Assembly: GCA_038105035.1 (NCBI GenBank)
Contig: JAYOBT010000006.1
Span: 4,704 to 68,703, forward strand
Direction of reading: 5' to 3'
Source: Candidatus Poseidoniales archaeon
GTDB lineage: Archaea; Thermoplasmatota; Poseidoniia; Poseidoniales; Poseidoniaceae
DNA: 64,000 bases
Below the pieces are notes generated by a model. It was not told the DNA's origin. It saw nothing but the letters and a program-made list of their open reading frames with translations, and ran no database searches. Positions 42,984 to 50,826 of this stretch are shown one piece after another. Every line of letters begins with the position of its first letter. The stretch's first letter is position 1. The translations under genes were made by a program, and so were the position numbers.

Positions 42984-44534
42984 TCACTTGATTCGTTGCC
43001 GGCGTTCTGTTTCTGCAGAACCAACTTCACGTACAAGACGTTCACGTAGAGCTTCATGCAACCACATGCCTTGCTCCAACTCAATGAGGAGGCCATAATC
43101 GATCAATCGTTGTGGAGGCGTACCGTCCCAATCCAAACTGTTCGCAAGGGATTTCCAAGGAATCGGTTTTTCCGAAAGGGCGAGCGTTGCTAAGAGTTCT
43201 CGCTCATCGTCTGGCAGAGGTGCTAAGATTTCTTCATCCAAGAACCGCAACCAATCTTCGTGCGTTGGTTTGCCATACAATTCGAGCATTTCGATGGCTA
43301 GCGGATGTCCGCCTGTTCGCTCGTGAACATCGCTCGGGTCAACATCGTTGAGGTCAAGTTCGTCCAACCATTGTGAGGTTTCATCCAAGGATAGACCGGA
43401 AAGAGGCAACTCTTCGACAATGTCTCGAGTGTGAACATCTCTTCGATCGTAGAAGTCCAATGACGTTCGAGAGATGAGAACGAAGCGCAACGGCGTTTTC
43501 TGGGAGATTTGCAGCAATGCTCCAAGGAGATTCTTCGATTCAGATGCAATGTGATGGACGTCATCAAGAACAATCAACCAGTATGGAGGAGGGCCGCCGG
43601 GTGCGATGGAGAAGCGCTCTCGAACCGTATACGCGTCCGTCAAGTATGCAAGCAATCGACGTCGCCACGTATCAACGTCCAATGGAGCACCTGGGCGCAG
43701 AGGAAGCGTCTCAATGAGATTGTATGGGTCGTGTTTTTCATCAATACCGAATCGATGCAAAAGACTGACGGCAAGCCCAACTTCACGGTCCCAAGGTTGG
43801 CAAGGGTACCAACAGATGGACAAATTCGGTTGCTCGTCTTGCCTGCCTGCCAACCATTCTGCGACAAGCGTCGACTTTCCAATTCCTGCAATTCCAGAAA
43901 CAACAGCGAAGGCAGAACGCCCCTCAAACCATTCATCCAAACGCTCGAGTTCATCATCTCGTCCACGCATTTTTCGAGTCTGGGGGGCGCTTGTGTGATA
44001 GGTTGCATGGACGCCAGCGAGCGGCTGGAGGCGCCCTGGAGGAGGAGTTGTGTCTTCATCATCCTGCTTTTTGATAAGACCGAAACGAATGTCGCCCCAT
44101 GTAAGAACACCTTCATGTTGAGCGTGAAGAAGAACTTGCAACAACGACATGTCCGAGGCCAGACGATTGGCAGCATCCTTTGATTCAATTTCGAGAAGTT
44201 GCCCGTCCTTGTCCCGTACCAAGACCTTGGTTTCACCCAATTTATTGGTCCGAAGCTTGGCCATGTCACGTCCGTCCTCGGTCAATTGCCATGTCTTCTG
44301 ACGACGATCATCGTTCTGAATTGAACGGGTATGTTCGCTAACCCAACCTTTGCGAACGAGATCCCGCATCGTACGACTCACGTTGGGTGGATGTTGGGCG
44401 CAGGCTTCCGCAATCCCTGGGCGAGTTAATGCGGCTGTGACGATGAATCGGTCGGCGAGATGGTCATGGTGCAAGAGGTGGAGCAAGACGCGGTCTGAGA
44501 CAGCGACGTTGACTTTTGGAAGCCCCTCGGCCAT
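42984..44534 (-). CDS. wHTH plus STAND/AAA_16-type P-loop NTPase signalling protein
   Basis: N-terminal MarR-like wHTH (RPGIAEACAQHPPNVSRTMRDLVRKGWV). GRDDELERLDEWFEGRSAFAVVSGIAGIGKSTL is Walker A and YWLIVLDDVHHI is Walker B. A helical C-terminal region follows. Confidence 0.7.
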   Translation of the reverse strand: MAEGLPKVNVAVSDRVLLHLLHHDHLADRFIVTAALTRPGIAEACAQHPPNVSRTMRDLVRKGWVSEHTRSIQNDDRRQKTWQLTEDGRDMAKLRTNKLGETKVLVRDKDGQLLEIESKDAANRLASDMSLLQVLLHAQHEGVLTWGDIRFGLIKKQDDEDTTPPPGRLQPLAGVHATYHTSAPQTRKMRGRDDELERLDEWFEGRSAFAVVSGIAGIGKSTLVAEWLAGRQDEQPNLSICWYPCQPWDREVGLAVSLLHRFGIDEKHDPYNLIETLPLRPGAPLDVDTWRRRLLAYLTDAYTVRERFSIAPGGPPPYWLIVLDDVHHIASESKNLLGALLQISQKTPLRFVLISRTSLDFYDRRDVHTRDIVEELPLSGLSLDETSQWLDELDLNDVDPSDVHERTGGHPLAIEMLELYGKPTHEDWLRFLDEEILAPLPDDERELLATLALSEKPIPWKSLANSLDWDGTPPQRLIDYGLLIELEQGMWLHEALRERLVREVGSAETERRQRIK

Positions 44535-44636
44535 GTCCCGCTGTGGAGAATATCACGTTCAAGCGTTGCGATTCCATGATGCCAAATTTAAACACAAAGA
44601 CCACAACCCCTAATAATAGATAAGTGACGCGTTGCC

Positions 44637-47600
44637 ATGCAATCTAACGTGCCTCATCGGAAACCCCTGAGCGTCCTGCTCATCCTTCTGATGATTGGCG
44701 TTGTACTTACACCATTGAGCGCACACGCTGCGGATTCGGATGGAGACGGTGTCGACAACTCTGTCGACGATTGCCCATATGCTAGCGGTACATCGACGGT
44801 CGATCGAGATGGGTGCCCCGATCGTGATGGCGATGGTACGTCCGACTTGATGGATGGTTGGACGAGTCAGAATCCAAATTTCGTTCTCAATGCAAACAAT
44901 CCACGTAGCTCTGATTTCAACGATGTTGATTTCTCTCCGAACGGCTCGGAAGTTGCAACTTCAAGTGATGACGGATACATCCGAATCTGGAACACCTCAA
45001 CTGGGCAAAACACGCGCTCCGTTATCGCTGTCTCAGGCGGAGGTACAGGAAAATTGTCGTGGTCTGCAGATGGTCGCTTCATCGGCGTCACTTCTCAGGC
45101 TGCAGATGAATTTGACATCTTTTATGCATCCAACCTGACATCCGTCCATGGTGCTTTGTCATCCGACGTTGGCGGAGGCGACTACACCTATGACATTGAT
45201 ATCTCTCCTGACGGTTCTAAGGCTGCTGTAGCCATTGGCCGGTCTGGAAACGGAGGCACAAACGGTGTTGTCCGAGTTGTGGATGTTATCAATGGCACCG
45301 TTATGCAGAATCTCAATCCAGGTGGCGAAGACCGATTCCATTCCGTTGATTTCTCACCAAGTGGCTCGCACATGGCCATCGGAACGGTTGGCGATTACTA
45401 CGTCGTTGATGCTTCGAGTTGGGCAACGACCCGAAGTGAAAGCGCTCCTGCAGGTACTGTCAACTCCATTGCATGGTCTCCAAGCGGAGAGCACATCGCC
45501 GTGTGTGAAGGCTACGTCAACAGCCAGGGCGGCTCCCGATTGCGTCTCTTTGAGGTCGATGTATGGACCAACATACAGACCATCGCAGGTTCAACCTCTT
45601 GTTATGCAACTGACTTCTCGCCGGATGGCAACCAAGTTGTCTTCGGTATGGGATGGTATGCAGCAGATGGTGCAACGGCGAAGATCTATGAGGTCTCGAG
45701 TGGAACGCTCATTGACACATTTTCACAGAGTCGTCCTGGAGGATGTACATCAACAAACAACAACCAGTGCGGGCAAAACAACGGCGTCTCGTGGTCGCCC
45801 GATGGAGTCTACATCGCCCAAGCATTTGGCCGAAACAACGAGGGATTCTACATTTGGAAGAGCGACCTCGACCCGGACAACGATGGTTGGAACACCACCG
45901 ATCAAGGCGACGGTAAGGTCGATGAATTCCCAGATGATGGCACACAGTGGGCAGATTCTGATGGAGATGGATACGGCGACAACCCTGCCCCTGCACTCAA
46001 CCCTGACGAATGCCCACTTGTCTTCGGAAACTCAACCATGGACCGATTTGGCTGTCCTGATGCTGATGGCGATGGTTACTCAGACGAAAACGACTGGGCG
46101 CCGAGCAACAAAGAGCAGTGGATTGATACAGATGGCGACGGCCATGGTGACAACTATCTCTACGACATAGCCTCCAATCAACTCCATCTCAACCAGCGAG
46201 GTGATGCATTCCCGAACGACGATACGCAATGGAACGACACTGACGGTGACGGTTACGGCGACAACTACGAAGATGTCTCTTGGAACGAATACCGTGCACC
46301 TGAGTGGCCTGGTGAAATCATTGTTGGCGCTCAGAGCATCGACGTTTTCCCACTCGATCGAACCCAGTGGAGGGATACCGACGGAGATTGGGTTGGCGAT
46401 GAGCAAATGAGCGATCGAGCGGATGGTTGTCCAACGGTTTGGGGCAACTCAACCTACGACCGACTCGGATGCATTGACACCGATGGCGACGGCTACTCCG
46501 ATCCAGATGCAGGATGGCCCACACGAACTGATTGTTACGGAGCAGACGCGTTCCCGAACGATCCGACGCAATGGTGCGACGAGGACAACGATGGTTTCGG
46601 AAGCAACCCTGACGGAAACAACGCAGACGATTGTCCAAATCAAGCCGGACCTTCCTCCGAAGACCAATATGGATGTCCTGACCGAGACGGGGATGGTTAC
46701 TCGAATACGGGCGATCCATTCCCAGACGATGGCACGCAATGGGAAGATTCGGACGGTGACAACTACGGTGACAATCCTGATGGAAACAATCCAGACTTCT
46801 TCCCCGACGATGCATCACAATGGCGAGATTCCGATGGCGATGGGTATGGCGACAATCCTGGTGGCACCAACGGAGATCGATTCCCGAACGACCCAACGCA
46901 ATGGTCCGATGCTGACAACGACGGTTACGGAGACAACTTTGTCGATACCGATGGCGATGGCATTTCAGAAGGAAACTCCGACGTTTGTCCACAGACCTAT
47001 GGCGAATCCAACTCGGCATCATCCCGTGGATGCCCAGATTCCGATGGTGACGGTTTCACCGATCCTGAAGACGCCTTCCCGGACCAACCGCTCCAGTGGG
47101 CCGACCAAGACGGTGATGGTTTTGGCGACAACGTCCAGTTCACCGATGGTGACGAGTGCATCGATGTCTACGGCAAGAGCACGGAGAACGGTGTTCAAGG
47201 CTGCCCTGATTCCGATGGTGATGGTCATGCCGATCCCTTCGGTGACTTCGTTCCCAAATCCGATTGTACAGGTGCAGACGCCTTCCCGGACGACCCACTT
47301 CAGTGGTGTGACAAAGACGGTGATGGTGTTGGTGACAATTATGTCTTTACGAACATCACCGTTCCTGACGAAGAGAATACTGGATTGATGATTGAGCTTT
47401 GCGAACAAATTGGCGATGCCTTCCCGAACGATGCCACGCAATGGGCTGACATGGATTGCGATGGCCGCGGTGACAACAGCACCGGTATCGCTCCAGACGC
47501 CTTCCCACTGCGTAAGACACAGCAAGACGACAACGATGGTGATGGATACGGAAACAACTTCACAAACGGTGCATATCAACCGGACGAATGCCGAAACGAG

Positions 47601-48113
47601 TTTGGAACATCAACCACGGATAGGTACGGTTGTCCAGACAGTGATAGCGACGGTATGTCCGACTTGAACGATCCGTGCAAGTGGGACCCTGCCGTTTCAG
47701 TAGGTATTCCCGGGCAAGTCACGTGTTCGATTACAGAAGATCCAAACAAAGCCGACGAGGAAGAGACGGTTGCTGAAGTCGAGGCAAAATCATCCAATGT
47801 GATGCTGTATGCGATGGGCGGTATCATTGCGTTCATGCTCGCAGCCATTCTTGTTGCTATGCTCGCTCGACAAGCAAGTCGCAACAAGATGATGCGAGAG
47901 CGAGCCATCGAGCGAAAGGCCGAGGAACAGTTCATGGATGAAGAAGAGCGCCGCCAACAATGGATCGACTACTACGTCGCTAACGGTGAATTCGACAAAG
48001 CACGTGAACTTGGTTGGGTTGATCCTGCATCGCTTCCAGCATGGAAACAGCATGAGATTCAGCAACAAGAAGCACTCCAAGCATCCATCCCATCCATGCT
48101 TGACCTGGATTGA
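44637..48113 (+). CDS. giant surface protein: signal peptide, 2 TSP3 repeats, 7-blade WD40-like propeller, ~20 TSP3-like Ca-binding repeats, TM, ~80-aa cytoplasmic tail
   Basis: Signal peptide LSVLLILLMIGVVLTPLSAHA. Blades include FSPNGSEVATSSDDGYIRIWN, WSADGRFIGV, ISPDGSKAAV, FSPSGSHMAIG, WSPSGEHIAV, FSPDGNQVVFG and WSPDGVYIAQ. Repeated D.DGDG(Y/F/H)(G/S)D(N/P) units follow. The TM is VMLYAMGGIIAFMLAAILVAML. Confidence 0.85.
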   Translation: MQSNVPHRKPLSVLLILLMIGVVLTPLSAHAADSDGDGVDNSVDDCPYASGTSTVDRDGCPDRDGDGTSDLMDGWTSQNPNFVLNANNPRSSDFNDVDFSPNGSEVATSSDDGYIRIWNTSTGQNTRSVIAVSGGGTGKLSWSADGRFIGVTSQAADEFDIFYASNLTSVHGALSSDVGGGDYTYDIDISPDGSKAAVAIGRSGNGGTNGVVRVVDVINGTVMQNLNPGGEDRFHSVDFSPSGSHMAIGTVGDYYVVDASSWATTRSESAPAGTVNSIAWSPSGEHIAVCEGYVNSQGGSRLRLFEVDVWTNIQTIAGSTSCYATDFSPDGNQVVFGMGWYAADGATAKIYEVSSGTLIDTFSQSRPGGCTSTNNNQCGQNNGVSWSPDGVYIAQAFGRNNEGFYIWKSDLDPDNDGWNTTDQGDGKVDEFPDDGTQWADSDGDGYGDNPAPALNPDECPLVFGNSTMDRFGCPDADGDGYSDENDWAPSNKEQWIDTDGDGHGDNYLYDIASNQLHLNQRGDAFPNDDTQWNDTDGDGYGDNYEDVSWNEYRAPEWPGEIIVGAQSIDVFPLDRTQWRDTDGDWVGDEQMSDRADGCPTVWGNSTYDRLGCIDTDGDGYSDPDAGWPTRTDCYGADAFPNDPTQWCDEDNDGFGSNPDGNNADDCPNQAGPSSEDQYGCPDRDGDGYSNTGDPFPDDGTQWEDSDGDNYGDNPDGNNPDFFPDDASQWRDSDGDGYGDNPGGTNGDRFPNDPTQWSDADNDGYGDNFVDTDGDGISEGNSDVCPQTYGESNSASSRGCPDSDGDGFTDPEDAFPDQPLQWADQDGDGFGDNVQFTDGDECIDVYGKSTENGVQGCPDSDGDGHADPFGDFVPKSDCTGADAFPDDPLQWCDKDGDGVGDNYVFTNITVPDEENTGLMIELCEQIGDAFPNDATQWADMDCDGRGDNSTGIAPDAFPLRKTQQDDNDGDGYGNNFTNGAYQPDECRNEFGTSTTDRYGCPDSDSDGMSDLNDPCKWDPAVSVGIPGQVTCSITEDPNKADEEETVAEVEAKSSNVMLYAMGGIIAFMLAAILVAMLARQASRNKMMRERAIERKAEEQFMDEEERRQQWIDYYVANGEFDKARELGWVDPASLPAWKQHEIQQQEALQASIPSMLDLD
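45864..47678 (+). repeat. coding array of ~20 degenerate thrombospondin type-3-like (DxDxDGxxDxxD) calcium-binding repeats
   Basis: Units seen include DSDGDGYGDN (twice), DTDGDGYGDN, DADGDGYSDE, DTDGDGHGDN, DRDGDGYSNT, DQDGDGFGDN and DKDGDGVGDN. Spacers are of the F-P-x-D-x-T-Q-W type. Confidence 0.85.
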
Positions 48114-48167
48114 TTTACGCATGGTTTGTACCGTTGCCCTTTAAATCAATGAGAACTATGCAAAACC

Positions 48168-50747
48168 ATGGGAGAGGGGCGTATGCGTCGTCTTGTTGCA
48201 ACATCCATGGTGATGTTGCTCGTTCTTCTCATCCCAGTAAGTGCTGAAGAAACTGCCACGGTTCGTCTCGAAATCGAGACATTGGATGAGAATTCCAAGC
48301 CTTGGTATGGCGCAGGAGATCGTGTTCTTTTCGCCTCTTCCATCGTCAACGAAGGTGCTGCAACCTCAATCACTGAAGACCCGTCATGTGGCGTCATCAT
48401 GCGTGTGGCCGATGCAGCGGGTACAACCATTCTTGACGAAGGCACAACATGTCGAGGACAAAGCCGTGGTCTTGACATCGGAGCAGGTACAACAGATCTG
48501 GACCAACATTCTTGGGATTTGACCGATCAAGATGGTGAACTGGTTTCTGCAGGACTCTATTCCATCAGCATCGAACTTGCAGGATCTGGACTTTCAGCAA
48601 CATCCGAAGTTATGGTTCAACAAAACGCTGGCATTCCACCAGAGTTGATCTTCTCAACCTCCATCGCACATCGAGAAGATGTGTTGTCCCTTGGTGAGCC
48701 ATTCGTCGTCGCTTACGAACTTCACAACCCAACGTCGGAAGCTATCGACATCAGTGGTCTTGATGCTTGTCAACTTCTGATTTCCTTTGAAGAGCAACAG
48801 CTCGGCCCATCATGCAATGCAGGCACAACGACCATCGATGCCTATGCTGTTCTCGGATTGGGCCACACCATGCACCAAGCGACATCAATCGACGCCCCCA
48901 CGCTAACGATTGAAACGCCTGATGCTCAAGTCATCGGTTCGTTCGAACTCTCTGTACAAGATGACGAAACCCTCTCAACTCCGCTTGATGCCTCGGTCAA
49001 CACACTCTCGACCTCCTTCCTCCAAGGCGAATTGTTTGGAGGTTCCCTTACGCTTGAAAACGATGGAAGCGAGAACGAACTGTTGCGCTTCACCAACACA
49101 TGTCGCGCCAGCTATTGGATTGCAGGTGGCGACGGTGTTGTGTTCGATTCTCTCGATCAAGCCAACTGTCGAGCGGCTGAGCTCGACGTGATCGTGGGTG
49201 CATCCTCGCAAACCACATTCCCTCTTCAGTCCTGGGCTTTTGTCGATGAAACCGGTTGTTCCATGTTGAGCGGTGACTACGTCCTCGTCGCTGAAATACC
49301 CGAATTCGGTTACGCTGCCTCAATGGATGTTGACTACCGTCGCATTCAGTCCACAGATTGTGGGACCGTATCCGAACCTCTCACATCTCTGTCCATCGAT
49401 CTTGATGACAACGATGAAGCATTGTTCGAATTGCAACTCGTTGGAATGGACGAGGAAACCGATATTCGCTGGCTGGAAATCTGCAAGGCATCGCTCCAAT
49501 TGTGGAACCTTGACCTCACTGAGAAGGTCATTGAAAAGAACGTCCTCTGCAACAGTGATGTTCAGGTCGACCAAGCCCTTCGAATCTCCTCAGAGGATGT
49601 TCTTCGATTCGAACTTGAAGAATTGAACACCTTCGAGTACCAAGACGCGGAATATCGAGTTCGAATCGATCTGGCAACGGACCAAGATATGATGCTCGAG
49701 TATGAATTCTCGTGGCCGTTGAACGTCGATGTTGAAGAAGCGGTGATTGTTGAAGAAGACGTCGCAGCAGACGCTCCAATCGTTCTCGTCGATGGTGTTT
49801 GGAGTGGCGTCTTGACACCAGACGGAACCTGCTGGATGCTTGAAAACGATGCAGGCGTCATTCACATGCTCGCAGATGCGACCATGGCTTCTTGGGCACC
49901 AGAGCGTGGATTGACGGGCACCTACCAAGCCCAACAAACAGATGCAAACCAGGCTTGTACACGATTCACCGCTGACAGTTTCACATTTGTCGGAATTGTA
50001 CAGGAAATTCCATTGATTGAAGAATCGCCCGCTGTCGAAGAATCATCCATCGTCGAGAACGAAGTTGTCGAGCAAGAAGCGCTCCCCGCCTGGGCACCAC
50101 AAGCGGTGACTGTACTCACAGTAAGCGCGATTCTCTCCATGCTTGGCTTTGCTGCTTTCAACAACGAAGCGATTCGTATCTCGACCACTCTCACAGGATT
50201 GTGGTTCCTCGGTCTGATCGGTAAAACCTCAGAGACAAGCGATGGGCGATTCCAACGCGGACGACTGCTTGGTTACCTTACAGCAAACCCTGGTTGTCAC
50301 TTCCGTGCTCTCTTGTCTGCTTTGGACATGAGCAACGGACAACTCTCTCATCACCTTCGAGTTCTCGAACAAGAAGAAAGCATCTGGCGACGTAAGGACG
50401 GTCGCTTGGTACGCTACTACCCATTGACCAACACGCTCCATCCATTGCTTGAGGATGATGCACTACCAGTGCCAATTCTCGCTCCTGATCCTCTTTCGCT
50501 TCAAGGCAAAATTCTGGTTTTGCTCGATCATGACAGTCAAATGGGAGACTTCCCTACCCAAGCTGAACTCGCAAAGCGACTCGACAAATCCCAACAACTC
50601 ATCTCCCACCATCTCCGTACCTTGGAGAAATACGGCCTCATCGAAGGACGACGTATGGGCATGCGCAACCGCTACAAACTCACCAAGGAAGCAATGTTCC
50701 TTTTGGAGACCAGCGAAGCATACGTACAGAACGAGATGAACCTCTGA
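48168..50747 (+). CDS. membrane-anchored transcription regulator: ~630-aa extracytoplasmic Cys-paired Ig-like repeats, 2 TM, two C-terminal ArsR-type winged-helix domains
   Basis: Signal/TM MRRLVATSMVMLLVLLIPVSA. TMs are AVTVLTVSAILSMLGFAAF and LTGLWFLGLIG. wHTH 1 is GRLLGYLTANPGCHFRALLSALDMSNGQLSHHLRVLEQEESIWRRKDGRLVRYYPL. wHTH 2 is QGKILVLLDH...FPTQAELAKRLDKSQQLISHHLRTLEKYGLIEGRRMGMRNRYKLT. Confidence 0.75.
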   Translation: MGEGRMRRLVATSMVMLLVLLIPVSAEETATVRLEIETLDENSKPWYGAGDRVLFASSIVNEGAATSITEDPSCGVIMRVADAAGTTILDEGTTCRGQSRGLDIGAGTTDLDQHSWDLTDQDGELVSAGLYSISIELAGSGLSATSEVMVQQNAGIPPELIFSTSIAHREDVLSLGEPFVVAYELHNPTSEAIDISGLDACQLLISFEEQQLGPSCNAGTTTIDAYAVLGLGHTMHQATSIDAPTLTIETPDAQVIGSFELSVQDDETLSTPLDASVNTLSTSFLQGELFGGSLTLENDGSENELLRFTNTCRASYWIAGGDGVVFDSLDQANCRAAELDVIVGASSQTTFPLQSWAFVDETGCSMLSGDYVLVAEIPEFGYAASMDVDYRRIQSTDCGTVSEPLTSLSIDLDDNDEALFELQLVGMDEETDIRWLEICKASLQLWNLDLTEKVIEKNVLCNSDVQVDQALRISSEDVLRFELEELNTFEYQDAEYRVRIDLATDQDMMLEYEFSWPLNVDVEEAVIVEEDVAADAPIVLVDGVWSGVLTPDGTCWMLENDAGVIHMLADATMASWAPERGLTGTYQAQQTDANQACTRFTADSFTFVGIVQEIPLIEESPAVEESSIVENEVVEQEALPAWAPQAVTVLTVSAILSMLGFAAFNNEAIRISTTLTGLWFLGLIGKTSETSDGRFQRGRLLGYLTANPGCHFRALLSALDMSNGQLSHHLRVLEQEESIWRRKDGRLVRYYPLTNTLHPLLEDDALPVPILAPDPLSLQGKILVLLDHDSQMGDFPTQAELAKRLDKSQQLISHHLRTLEKYGLIEGRRMGMRNRYKLTKEAMFLLETSEAYVQNEMNL

Positions 50748-50826
50748 ATTCGATTCGCTGAGGTGGATTGAAGAAGGATAGCATGGAGGCGTGTTTAGCG
50801 TAGGATGTGTCGACGTGTCGGATGAG

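Noticed and set aside
42286-43096. 233-aa and 256-aa minus-strand ORFs covering the thioredoxin region
   Set aside because: The plus strand encodes an unmistakable thioredoxin (WCGPC). Only the first 86 codons' worth of the 233-aa ORF (42286-42546), which lies outside trxA, is kept as a possible small gene.
45235-47388. Long alternative-frame and antisense ORFs inside the TSP3 gene (45235-46170 +, 46423-47388 +, 46318-47022 -, 47019-47579 -)
   Set aside because: They lie wholly inside the well-supported 1158-aa gene. Their translations are low-complexity (T/M/R/H-rich) by-products of the GAY-GGN repeat DNA. They carry no motifs or signal peptides.
45864-47678. Periodic DNA repeats that could be mistaken for a CRISPR-like or satellite array
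   Set aside because: The repeats are degenerate at the DNA level, lie in-frame within a long ORF and encode a known Ca-binding peptide motif. There is no repeat-spacer architecture and there are no cas genes.
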